NCBI RefSeq assembly: GCF_044324785.1
Contig: NZ_CP172127.1
Reading direction: 5' to 3' (one strand)
DNA length: 64,000 nucleotides
Origin: Escherichia coli
GTDB taxonomy: Bacteria > Pseudomonadota > Gammaproteobacteria > Enterobacterales > Enterobacteriaceae
Shown here piece after piece: positions 55,045 through 62,787 of this stretch; the first letter of the stretch is position 1; each line of letters opens with the position of its first letter. A program made the translations under genes and the position numbers. Under the pieces are notes generated by a model, which searched no databases, was not told the DNA's origin, and worked only from the letters and a program-made list of their open reading frames with translations.

Positions 55045-55716
55045 ATGGTGATTGATGCAATGTTAAGCGTTCAGATGACTCCACAAGCAAAAGTTAGCTT
55101 CGAGGAGCAATGTTTTTTTCATGCTTCATGTCTTGTTGTTGCCCCAATAAATGTTGGAGCATTCTCCTACTTTGGCGCTAATTGTATGCTCGGCGGCTTT
55201 ACGATGGGTAGATTTTGTTCAGTTGCTCCAGGAGTAAAAATTGGCCTTGGCGAGCATGAAACTGGGTATTTTTCTACGCATCCTTTTTTCTTTGGCTCAA
55301 AAAATGGTTTTAAAATCCCTGATGGTATAGGAATGCAACGCGACCTCTCTCAACAGAAGCATGGTATACCAAGAATTGGTCATGACGTATGGATAGGTGC
55401 AAATGCGGTTATCAGGCGAGGTATAACTATTGGTACTGGCGCTGTTATTGCTGCTGGCGCTATTGTCACCAAAAATGTCGATCCATATTCAATCGTAGGT
55501 GGCGTTTCTGCAAAACACCTAGGGTACAGATTTGAGGAATCAATCATCAAAGAGTTACTGGATAGCCAATGGTGGGAATATGATTTAAGCTCATTTATTG
55601 GGATTGATACAAGGACACCGACGACTTTTTTAGAGCAGTTTAATGCTGTAAAAGATAAAAAGAAGGCATCTTATAAGAGATTTACAATTCTTCCATCCGG
55701 TGAAATTGTTGAATAG
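55045..55716 (+). CDS. XAT-class hexapeptide-repeat acetyltransferase (CatB/Vat-like)
   Basis: [66 protein letters not shown] and the C-terminal [11 protein letters not shown] fit the xenobiotic acetyltransferase pattern. The start codon is uncertain (weak SD). Confidence 0.75.
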   Translation: MVIDAMLSVQMTPQAKVSFEEQCFFHASCLVVAPINVGAFSYFGANCMLGGFTMGRFCSVAPGVKIGLGEHETGYFSTHPFFFGSKNGFKIPDGIGMQRDLSQQKHGIPRIGHDVWIGANAVIRRGITIGTGAVIAAGAIVTKNVDPYSIVGGVSAKHLGYRFEESIIKELLDSQWWEYDLSSFIGIDTRTPTTFLEQFNAVKDKKKASYKRFTILPSGEIVE

Positions 55717-55735
55717 CGCATCCCTGCGCTATATT

Positions 55736-58105
55736 TTAAATAAACATAAGAATAAACATCAGAAGTTCTTCGTATCTGATACCATACTGATAGCCAGCAG
55801 GTTTAATAATAACCTGCCTTCCTGTGTAATATTCCTCGTCGTACCACTCTCCTGTTTCATTGTTTTTAACACTCCTAATCAATACCTCTGGAGCATAAAT
55901 ATCATCCCATTCATCATAACACCAGAACGCATAGTTATTAGGGTCAAGACCGTATTTTCTGAGAATATTACCTACAGTTTGTGCACCAACGCCGAAATGA
56001 ATCCGAGCGCCATCACTCTTGATCTTTACTGCATCTTTAAATTTAAACCTCCAGATATTTTCCTTTATTTCAAGCGCAGCAAGACGCTCTGATTCTGTTG
56101 TTTTCTCGTCAGCCTCAATACGCAATTTCAGCTCTTCATTCGACGTGTTGATACTGCCAGTACCAGCGTATACCTGTGACCATCGAAATGCTGATGTTCC
56201 GTTTGAGTTAACATTATCAACAGTTGGTTTTATAAGGCCAGAAAAATGAGTTTCAGGTGTATTAATATATGTATATGCACCTGCTGTACTACGAGTCCTT
56301 AACTCAAAGCTGTCTATATCAACACCAGTCCTACGAATTATAAGGAAGTTATTTCCTGCGGAACCAGTATCGGTTTGAGTGCTAACAGACAATCCGTTTC
56401 GTGTATCAATACGTATATTCTTCCCGTTCTCCAGCGAAGCAGAATTATGTAGATACAGCGAGTTGTCAGTGTAGAGATTGTGTTTACCTACATTGCTAAA
56501 TGTATAAGTATTGCTTGTGTTATCACTGTTCCTATGGAATTGCTGAAGAGTGTAGGCAGAAGATGCTCCGTATCCATCACAATGGAAATTTCTGCACAGC
56601 TGCAAATCGAATAACAATACGGTGTCAGCATTAATGCTCACATTATTAAAGCATGTTGCAAAGTTGGCACCATACTGTGAATTGGAATCGCCAATCTGTG
56701 CGCACACATCAAGCAAACCAAAAGTTACATTGGTAAAGTTATTTGCATCACCGGCGTCAAGAACAATCCCTTTCTTAGTCCCTGAATACCCTCTGGCAGT
56801 GCCGATCTCAACTCCCTGGAATGAACACACGCGAGCACGACTAAGCTTAAGACCAACCCATTCCAGACCATGATCGTAACCTTTTGCTGCGCGGTGAATA
56901 AACATACCATTCATGATGAGAAGGAATCTGTTATCAAGCCGTACTGGTTCAAGTTGGGCATTAATACCAACATTTGTGCATATACATTCACCATAAGCAT
57001 AACGATTCGTTTCAAATATACGATCATCAGCGTCGTAAATGCCTCGTAATGCCTTGGCGGCATCAATATTAAGCAATGTAAAATATGTCTTCTGCTTAAT
57101 TTCAAAAAAATTTGCAACATTATGCGTTGTGATATCACTCACACGCATTGATAAAATCCCCTCTTCTGGAGCGGTGCGAATGAATCCATCAAGGAACTGT
57201 TCATTATAACTTTTGGCTATCTGATAACATCCAACAGCATCAATGCGTTCGATTGTGAACTGCCAACTATCACCACAGTTAAAAGACCATCTCCAGCCGT
57301 ATTTCTGAGCGAATTCATCATATTCAACATTTGCAGGTTCAGAACAGAAAGATAAAAATCTAAATGTTGGTTTTGGCCTTAGATGGTTAATCCCGGAACC
57401 TCTTGGGGTATATATGGCATTATCTCCATTCCCACCTTTTGTTTTAACTGTAAGGTGACTTAAACCAAATTCAATATCATATTTAGTTGGTGCGGCGAAA
57501 ACAAAGCCGTCTTTTGGTGATGTGGTATTGTCAAACACAATAACCGTTTCACCCTGCCCATCACCGCACATATTTACTGGTGGTATATTAACGGGGCCAG
57601 TCAAACTATATGTTCCAGTTGGCACATATAGTTTTCCACCCTCTCCAATAGCATTTGCCGCTGCAATAAATGCCGCCGTATCATCGTTAACACCGTCACC
57701 TTTCGCCCCATAATGCTGTGGCGTAATTAACAGCATACGGTCAGAAAAAATCTCTGTCCTAAGTTGATCAGGATCGTATTTTAATACATTTGGAAAATAA
57801 AACTGCTGAGTGCCATATGCATCATATACAGCCATAGAATGGCCTTGCACGGTAACGAATTTGGCAATCTGTCCGTTATATACCGGATAACCAGCAGCGT
57901 TAATAATGATTGGTTGAGAAACAGGAACGTGAGAACCGTCTTCGTTCTCTACATAAACCGGAATCTGGTTTTCAGGATTTACCGGGTCAGTGTCAATTTT
58001 ACCGATATAAATTTTTCCATTAGCATTTGCTTTAAACGAGCGAGCTAAAGTGAATAACTGACTTGGTTGTGAAACAACAACATTGGCATTTATTGAATCT
58101 GTCAT
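55736..58105 (-). CDS. tailspike: P22 gp9-type head-binding domain + pectate-lyase-like beta-helix depolymerase + C-terminal intramolecular chaperone (peptidase S74-like) domain
   Basis: The N-terminus [18 protein letters not shown]...[26 protein letters not shown]...[13 protein letters not shown] is nearly the P22 gp9 N-domain. [19 protein letters not shown] is a beta-helix signature. The C-terminal part has NTSNEELK (Ser-x4-Lys) and a chaperone-like tail. Confidence 0.9.
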   Translation of the reverse strand: MTDSINANVVVSQPSQLFTLARSFKANANGKIYIGKIDTDPVNPENQIPVYVENEDGSHVPVSQPIIINAAGYPVYNGQIAKFVTVQGHSMAVYDAYGTQQFYFPNVLKYDPDQLRTEIFSDRMLLITPQHYGAKGDGVNDDTAAFIAAANAIGEGGKLYVPTGTYSLTGPVNIPPVNMCGDGQGETVIVFDNTTSPKDGFVFAAPTKYDIEFGLSHLTVKTKGGNGDNAIYTPRGSGINHLRPKPTFRFLSFCSEPANVEYDEFAQKYGWRWSFNCGDSWQFTIERIDAVGCYQIAKSYNEQFLDGFIRTAPEEGILSMRVSDITTHNVANFFEIKQKTYFTLLNIDAAKALRGIYDADDRIFETNRYAYGECICTNVGINAQLEPVRLDNRFLLIMNGMFIHRAAKGYDHGLEWVGLKLSRARVCSFQGVEIGTARGYSGTKKGIVLDAGDANNFTNVTFGLLDVCAQIGDSNSQYGANFATCFNNVSINADTVLLFDLQLCRNFHCDGYGASSAYTLQQFHRNSDNTSNTYTFSNVGKHNLYTDNSLYLHNSASLENGKNIRIDTRNGLSVSTQTDTGSAGNNFLIIRRTGVDIDSFELRTRSTAGAYTYINTPETHFSGLIKPTVDNVNSNGTSAFRWSQVYAGTGSINTSNEELKLRIEADEKTTESERLAALEIKENIWRFKFKDAVKIKSDGARIHFGVGAQTVGNILRKYGLDPNNYAFWCYDEWDDIYAPEVLIRSVKNNETGEWYDEEYYTGRQVIIKPAGYQYGIRYEELLMFILMFI

Positions 58106-58163
58106 TTAATTTACTCCAGATACAAGGAATCGCCGCAGCATGGCTACGGTGAATTTTGGGCAT

Positions 58164-58186
58164 AAAAAACCCAGCCGAAGCTGGGT
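58164..58186 (-). terminator. rho-independent terminator between ant and the tailspike gene
   Basis: On the minus strand: ACCCAGC-TTCG-GCTGGGT followed by TTTTTT. Confidence 0.8.
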
Positions 58187-58204
58187 CGTTGCGTTGGTTA
58201 TCTG

Positions 58205-59083
58205 TCAGTAGTTATGTACTGAAGGAGGTAATTCTTTATTCTTAAGTCTCATCCATGCGGAAATATTCGTTGGTCCGTCTGGCTCATTAATATCAACATC
58301 TCGTGTGTGATTGATTAAAACGTCTCTCGCCATTCCGATAACATACGAGAATTCATGACCGTAGTCGTAGCATCTGCCGGAATAGTTCGATTGAATTTGT
58401 TTCAGCGCCGGATACAGTTCGCGGAATAATGCCTGTGAGCGGTTGGCATAATCCCATAACCATACAAGGCTGTTTGCTTCTTTTGCAGAAAGCTCGTTGG
58501 TTTTCTTCTCTTGTTTGCCAATGAACTCACCTTCAAGCACTACCCTGTGGATGTACTCTACGGCCAGCGGGATTTGTTCAATTGAAAGTTCATCAATGCT
58601 GTCAATACCAAAACGCTGATGAACCATATTGTATGCATCGTCATAGCGAAGTCCTTTCTTTCCTACCAGCATGTTTACTGCATCGCGTAGCGGTGTTCTT
58701 TCCTCAACAGTGGTTTTCTTTCCTTTTACATACTCGCCATGTTTGCGAATTGAAGGCAGAACTTCTGCTGTTACCCACTTGCGGAATTTGTGCGGGACTG
58801 AACCTTTATTGACTGCATCGCGGCAGCGCAGAACCAATGTATACATACCTGATTCGCTCACAATGCTTAGATTCTGCTCACCACCAAGGGTGTAACTTAA
58901 AGTTACTCCCTTTTCATCGTCATCAAGTGCAGTAAGCGCCTTGCGTGAGTTAGTCAAATCTAAAGCATCACAAACATCTTTAGCTACAAACCACGGCTCA
59001 CCGCACTTGTTGATGACGCGGATTTCACTGTCGCCGAATTTGAAGATGGTGAAATCGTTTTGTGCCTTTGCTATACTTTTCAT
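58205..59083 (-). CDS. ant: antirepressor Ant (Bro-N + KilA-C type)
   Basis: [28 protein letters not shown]...[11 protein letters not shown] is a Bro-N domain. It is immediately downstream of arc, as in P22 immI. Confidence 0.9.
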   Translation of the reverse strand: MKSIAKAQNDFTIFKFGDSEIRVINKCGEPWFVAKDVCDALDLTNSRKALTALDDDEKGVTLSYTLGGEQNLSIVSESGMYTLVLRCRDAVNKGSVPHKFRKWVTAEVLPSIRKHGEYVKGKKTTVEERTPLRDAVNMLVGKKGLRYDDAYNMVHQRFGIDSIDELSIEQIPLAVEYIHRVVLEGEFIGKQEKKTNELSAKEANSLVWLWDYANRSQALFRELYPALKQIQSNYSGRCYDYGHEFSYVIGMARDVLINHTRDVDINEPDGPTNISAWMRLKNKELPPSVHNY

Positions 59084-59151
59084 GTCAATATTTCCTAATC
59101 CGATTTGTTGATGCCGAAGCCCTGACTGTTACAGCAGTTGGGGCTTCAACT
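59084..59151 (+). ncRNA. possible sar-type antisense RNA covering the arc-ant intercistronic region
   Basis: The 68-nt arc-ant spacer is the size recalled for P22 sar RNA. It contains a hairpin, gaagccc...gggcttc. Promoter and ends were not verified. Confidence 0.3.
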
Positions 59152-59313
59152 TTACGCACCAATGCGCCCTTCCTTCTTAAAGCTTTCCATTACTCGCTGA
59201 TAAATCTCAGAATTAACAGACCGACCATTTTCTTCCGCCACCTTGCGTACCAAATCCAATACTTCTTTAGGCCACCGCAAATTGAACTGTGGCATTTTGC
59301 TCATTCCTTTCAT
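59152..59313 (-). CDS. arc: Arc repressor
   Basis: MKGMSKMPQFNLRWPKEVLDLVRKVAEENGRSVNSEIYQRVMESFKKEGRIGA (53 aa). It is essentially P22 Arc as I recall it. Confidence 0.95.
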   Translation of the reverse strand: MKGMSKMPQFNLRWPKEVLDLVRKVAEENGRSVNSEIYQRVMESFKKEGRIGA

Positions 59314-59329
59314 GTTCACCTCACAATAT

Positions 59330-59346
59330 AGGTCCACGGTGGACCT
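59330..59346. promoter_or_regulatory. Mnt operator
   Basis: Perfect 17-bp palindrome AGGTCCACGGTGGACCT between arc and mnt, identical to the recalled P22 Omnt. Confidence 0.85.
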
Positions 59347-59355
59347 ATTGAGAAT

Positions 59356-59376
59356 ATAGTAGAGTGCTTCTATCAT
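59356..59376. promoter_or_regulatory. Arc operator
   Basis: ATAGTAGAGTGCTTCTATCAT is the reverse complement of ATGATAGAAGCACTCTACTAT, the recalled 21-bp P22 Arc operator. Confidence 0.85.
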
Positions 59377-59403
59377 GTCAATACACTAACTTGGAGTGAT
59401 GGC

Positions 59404-59658
59404 ATGGCTAGAGATGATCCGCACTTTAACTTCCGTATGCCTTTGGAAGTAAGAGAAAAATTGAAATTAAGAGCCGAGGCTAACGGAAGGTCAATGAACT
59501 CTGAGTTATTACAAATCGTTCAGGATGCACTATCAAAACCATCACCGATTACAGGATATCGCGACGAAGCTGAACGCTTGGCTGATCAGCAGGCTGAGCA
59601 GTTCAAGGCTATAGTGTTTGAGACACTTAAAAAGATTTATGAAAAGGATTTGAAATGA
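59404..59658 (+). CDS. mnt: Mnt repressor
   Basis: MARDDPHFNFRMPLEVREKLKLRAEANGRSMNSELLQIVQDAL... is a ribbon-helix-helix protein close to P22 Mnt. It is divergent from arc. Confidence 0.95.
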   Translation: MARDDPHFNFRMPLEVREKLKLRAEANGRSMNSELLQIVQDALSKPSPITGYRDEAERLADQQAEQFKAIVFETLKKIYEKDLK

Positions 59659-59709
59659 GATTTCTATCACTGTTCTTGTTAGCAGTTGTCTCTTCTTCCA
59701 GTGCTGAGC

Positions 59710-60766
59710 GGCTTTGTTGAATAAATCGAACTTTTGCTGAGTTGAAGGATCAGATCACGTATCTTCCCGACAACGCAGACCGTTCCGTGGCAAAGCAAAA
59801 GTTCAAAATCACCAACTGGCCCACCTACAATAAAGCCCTCATCAACCGTGGCTCCATAACTTTCTGGCTGGATGATGAAGCTATTCAGGCCTGGTATGAG
59901 TCAGCAACACCTTCTTCACGAGGCAGACCTCAGCGCTATTCTGACCTTGCCATCACTACTGTGCTGGTCATTAAACGCGTATTCAGGCTGACCCTGCGGG
60001 CTGCGCAGGGCTTTATTGATTCCATTTTTTCTCTGATGAACGTTCCGCTACGCTGCCCGGATTACAGCTGTGTCAGCAGGCGGGCAAAGTCGGTTAATGT
60101 CAGTTTCAAAACGCCCACCCGGGGTGAAATCGCACACCTGGTAATTGATTCCACCGGGCTGAAGGTCTTCGGTGAAGGCGAGTGGAAAGTCAAAAAGCAT
60201 GGCCAGGAACGCCGCCGTATCTGGCGTAAGCTGCATCTCGCCGTTGACAGTAAAACACATGAAATCATCTGCGCTGACCTGTCGCTGAACAACGTTACGG
60301 ACTCAGAGGCCTTCCCCGGGTTAATCCGGCAAACCCACCGGAAAATCAGGTCAGCCGCCGCCGATGGCGCTTACGATACCCGGCTATGTCACGATGAACT
60401 GCGGCGTAAGAAAATCAGCGCGCTTATCCCTCCCCGAAAAGGTGCGGGTTACTGGCCCGGTGAATATGCAGACCGTAACCGTGCAGTGGCTAATCAGCGA
60501 ATGACCGGGAGTAATGCGCGGTGGAAATGGACAACAGATTACAACCGTCGCTCGATAGCGGAAACGGCGATGTACCGGGTAAAACAGCTGTTCGGGGGTT
60601 CACTGACGCTGCGTGACTACGATGGTCAGGTTGCGGAGGCTATGGCCCTGGTACGAGCGCTGAACAAAATGACGAAAGCAGGTATGCCTGAAAGCGTGCG
60701 TATTGCCTGAAAACACAACCCGCTACGGGGGAGACTTACCCGAAATCTGATTTATTCAACAAAGCC
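59710..60766 (+). mobile_element. IS903/IS102-type insertion sequence (IS5 family), 1057 bp
   Basis: Perfect 18-bp terminal inverted repeats GGCTTTGTTGAATAAATC, flanked by a 9-bp direct duplication GTGCTGAGC (59701-59709 and 60767-60775). Confidence 0.95.
59787..60710 (+). CDS. IS903-type transposase (DDE)
   Basis: A GTG start giving (M)AKQKFKITNWPTYNKALINRGS yields 307 aa, as recalled for IS903 Tnp. The track ORF begins 15 codons earlier at TTG. Confidence 0.9.
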   Translation: MAKQKFKITNWPTYNKALINRGSITFWLDDEAIQAWYESATPSSRGRPQRYSDLAITTVLVIKRVFRLTLRAAQGFIDSIFSLMNVPLRCPDYSCVSRRAKSVNVSFKTPTRGEIAHLVIDSTGLKVFGEGEWKVKKHGQERRRIWRKLHLAVDSKTHEIICADLSLNNVTDSEAFPGLIRQTHRKIRSAAADGAYDTRLCHDELRRKKISALIPPRKGAGYWPGEYADRNRAVANQRMTGSNARWKWTTDYNRRSIAETAMYRVKQLFGGSLTLRDYDGQVAEAMALVRALNKMTKAGMPESVRIA

Positions 60767-61071
60767 GTGCTGAGCTGCGCGAGCTTCAAACGGGTAATGA
60801 CCTTCTTTACAACATTCAACAAGGTAAAAAGGGTGATGATTTTTCATCGCTTTACATTACTGGATATTTGCGCGGAGTAACTGACTCATTGATACTAATT
60901 GGTTCTCTATGTCCTCCTGATGGCGTTGACATGTATCAATACACCGATATCGTTGAGAAATCTCTAAACAAAAACCCAGAATCAAGAAATGAGAGTGCAG
61001 TTATACTAACCGCCCTAGCAGTAGGAAAAACATTTCCGTGCAAAAAGAATCAATAACAATAAGGGCTTAAA

Positions 61072-61461
61072 ATGAAATTGATTATAGCAATGGCTTTCCT
61101 TGTCTTCTCGTTTTCTGTCTCAGCAGAGTGCTGGGTCGTTGGAGATATGCACGGAATAAGCTATTCAGAACGAAATAATTTTCAACCGGAAGAAGATGGT
61201 TTTAGTGGAACATTCATCATTAAGACAAACGGTGAAGATGCCAGTATCACATATTCTGGGACGGATGCGGGCGGCATGGCTTACAAAGCATTGTCTAAAA
61301 ACTCCATCCTAGGAATTGGCGCGAATGGAGAAACTCAACGCGTTATAGACTCATGGGTAATACATCCTACTGGAACAGTTTTAATGTCAAAAACCATTTC
61401 CGGTTATGGAAATATGGATTCAACCAAAGCTTTTGTTGGAAAAGTAAAAAGAAAATGTTAA
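61072..61461 (+). CDS. hypothetical secreted protein, 129 aa
   Basis: Signal peptide MKLIIAMAFLVFSFSVSA. Same strand as, and 15 nt downstream of, the interrupted gene. No recognisable domain. Confidence 0.6.
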   Translation: MKLIIAMAFLVFSFSVSAECWVVGDMHGISYSERNNFQPEEDGFSGTFIIKTNGEDASITYSGTDAGGMAYKALSKNSILGIGANGETQRVIDSWVIHPTGTVLMSKTISGYGNMDSTKAFVGKVKRKC

Positions 61462-61482
61462 CGATAGGATTATGGCCCTACA

Positions 61483-61668
61483 TCAACAGCTTCCGCGTCC
61501 CTGAGTAATTCTGTTGCGGATTTGCTTCTTGCGGTGGTTTAAGCTGGAGAGCTTGGCTTCTGCTTCTGATATTTGCGCATCAAGATCTTTAAGCTCAAGA
61601 TCTGAAAGTCGCTGGTCAAGCAGGGTTTGGTTCAACTCAATATTGTTCAGACGTTCTTCTATGGTCAT
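61483..61668 (-). CDS. hypothetical 61-aa coiled-coil protein
   Basis: ATG 61668 lies 8 nt after AGGA. It encodes MTIEERLNNIELNQTLLDQRLSDLELKDLDAQISEAEAKLSSLNHRKKQIRNRI, which has heptad character. Confidence 0.45.
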   Translation of the reverse strand: MTIEERLNNIELNQTLLDQRLSDLELKDLDAQISEAEAKLSSLNHRKKQIRNRITQGRGSC

Positions 61669-61699
61669 AACTTTCATCCTATAACTATTTGGAATCAAA

Positions 61700-61882
61700 A
61701 TGAAAAATATATTAATTGGTTTCGTTTTTGGTGCAGCCTGCGCTGCCAGCATTAGCGTTATCGCCGCCCAGATTGTTGGTGGTAACTCATATCTAATGGG
61801 CTATGACGTCATGATAGATGGAGAGGTTGTTTGCTCAGACCCTTATGTATGGACGTCGACAAAAGAAATAGAATGTGACTAA
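61700..61882 (+). CDS. hypothetical 60-aa protein with an N-terminal signal/anchor and conserved-looking Cys pair
   Basis: [23 protein letters not shown]... followed by a terminator. Weak SD. Confidence 0.45.
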   Translation: MKNILIGFVFGAACAASISVIAAQIVGGNSYLMGYDVMIDGEVVCSDPYVWTSTKEIECD

Positions 61883-61883
61883 T

Positions 61884-61908
61884 ACCAGCCTGATGGCTGG
61901 TTAATTTT
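61884..61908 (+). terminator. rho-independent terminator
   Basis: accagcc-tgat-ggctggt followed by taattttt. Confidence 0.7.
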
Positions 61909-61992
61909 TGCATTTACCTGGGCCATATTGACTACTTATAAAATGAGATCAATATTTAATCGCCCAATAACGGGTGTATGTTGAGGTATATC

Positions 61993-62172
61993 ATGGCGAA
62001 AAAACCAGGTGAAAATACAGGGAAAAACGGCGGAATATACCAGGAAGTTGGTCCACGCGGTGGTAAGAAGGACAATTTTGCCACCGTCAGGGACAACGAA
62101 AGACTTCCGCCAACAACAAAGCCAGGTCATGGCTGGGTATTGGATAAGCGAACTCCAGACAGCAAAAAGTAA
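61993..62172 (+). CDS. YjzC-like small protein (59 aa)
   Basis: MAKKPGENTGKNGGIYQEVGPRGG...LPPTTKPGHGW fits the YjzC-family pattern as recalled. GAGG SD lies 6 nt upstream. Confidence 0.6.
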   Translation: MAKKPGENTGKNGGIYQEVGPRGGKKDNFATVRDNERLPPTTKPGHGWVLDKRTPDSKK

Positions 62173-62177
62173 TAATC

Positions 62178-62200
62178 AAGCCGGGTCACTCCGGCTTTTT
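62178..62200. terminator. hairpin terminator shared by the convergent genes
   Basis: aagccgg-gtcact-ccggctt followed by ttt. It overlaps the last codons of the minus-strand gene. Confidence 0.6.
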
Positions 62201-62551
62201 GATATGTCGCTCGCAGAACTCAACAAGCCTGCTCATTAAGTAGCAGTAAGTCTCGTTGGCTCTTCCTGGTTCAACATCAACACCTACCCTTGAGCAGATA
62301 TCGAATGCCATGTGAGCGCACTCATGGGCAATAGTAGATAGTTTGCCATTGAACACGCCTATCACATGCAAAACACCATTCTCGCTACTCATTGTATGAG
62401 ACGCTCCGTTGGCGTCCGAGTCATGCACGTCAACGCCAAGTTTTTGATGCAGGCGTTGCCATTCTGGAAAGTCTCTACAAAACACAATGGTACCGCTCTC
62501 AAAGAGCGGTACGAGCATCTTTGGTACGTTTCCAATGTTAACTTTTTTCAT
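62186..62551 (-). CDS. small HExxH protein (121 aa), possible minimal ImmA/IrrE-like metallopeptidase
   Basis: TIAHECAHMAFD...EPGRANETYCYL: an HExxH motif plus a downstream E/AN segment reminiscent of COG2856 proteins. The family assignment is tentative. Confidence 0.55.
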   Translation of the reverse strand: MKKVNIGNVPKMLVPLFESGTIVFCRDFPEWQRLHQKLGVDVHDSDANGASHTMSSENGVLHVIGVFNGKLSTIAHECAHMAFDICSRVGVDVEPGRANETYCYLMSRLVEFCERHIKKPE

Positions 62552-62581
62552 GGTATCCTGCGCAAAACTAAGGAGGTTGGT

Positions 62582-62770
62582 GTGAAGAAAAAATTTGTAA
62601 ACGTTGCAAAGTGCGCAATTTTTATATTTTTTATGACCTTTTACGGATTTAGTGCCGGAGAAGGTTTCGATCGTGATGCCAATGCATTCAGTTTCTTTTG
62701 TCTGTCTATAGTGGTCATAATTGTATGGGTGGAATTAAAGCAAACATTGTTTCATGTGCTAGGGAAATAA
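62582..62770 (+). CDS. hypothetical 62-aa two-TM membrane peptide
   Basis: GTG 62582 lies 5 nt after AGGAGG. It encodes (M)KKKFVNVAKCAIFIFFMTFYGF...FSFFCLSIVVIIVWV. It is divergent from the HExxH gene, with 30 nt between the starts. Confidence 0.5.
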   Translation: MKKKFVNVAKCAIFIFFMTFYGFSAGEGFDRDANAFSFFCLSIVVIIVWVELKQTLFHVLGK

Positions 62771-62787
62771 CCATCCATGGCATTTAG

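Larger units (their letters stand above)
59655..61056 (+). pseudogene. secreted 111-aa protein gene (possibly Rap1a/Tai4-like immunity fold) split by the IS element
   Basis: Its ATG overlaps the mnt stop (ATGA). Removing the IS and one TSD copy restores a 336-nt frame: MRFLSLFLLAVVSSSSA/ELRELQTGNDLL...GYLRGVTDS...CPPDGV...NPESRNESAVILTALAVGKTFPC. Confidence 0.7.

Noticed and set aside
55113-55119. T7 homopolymer in the 5' part of the acetyltransferase gene as a phase-variation switch (by analogy with repeat-controlled neuO).
   Set aside because: Seven bases is short for efficient slipped-strand switching, and no tandem heptanucleotide repeats are present. It is kept only as a remark within the acetyltransferase finding.
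55700-56092. 130-codon plus-strand ORF following the acetyltransferase.
   Set aside because: It is entirely antisense to the 3' end of the tailspike gene. Its translation is low-complexity and hydrophobic (AT-rich shadow frame), with no SD.
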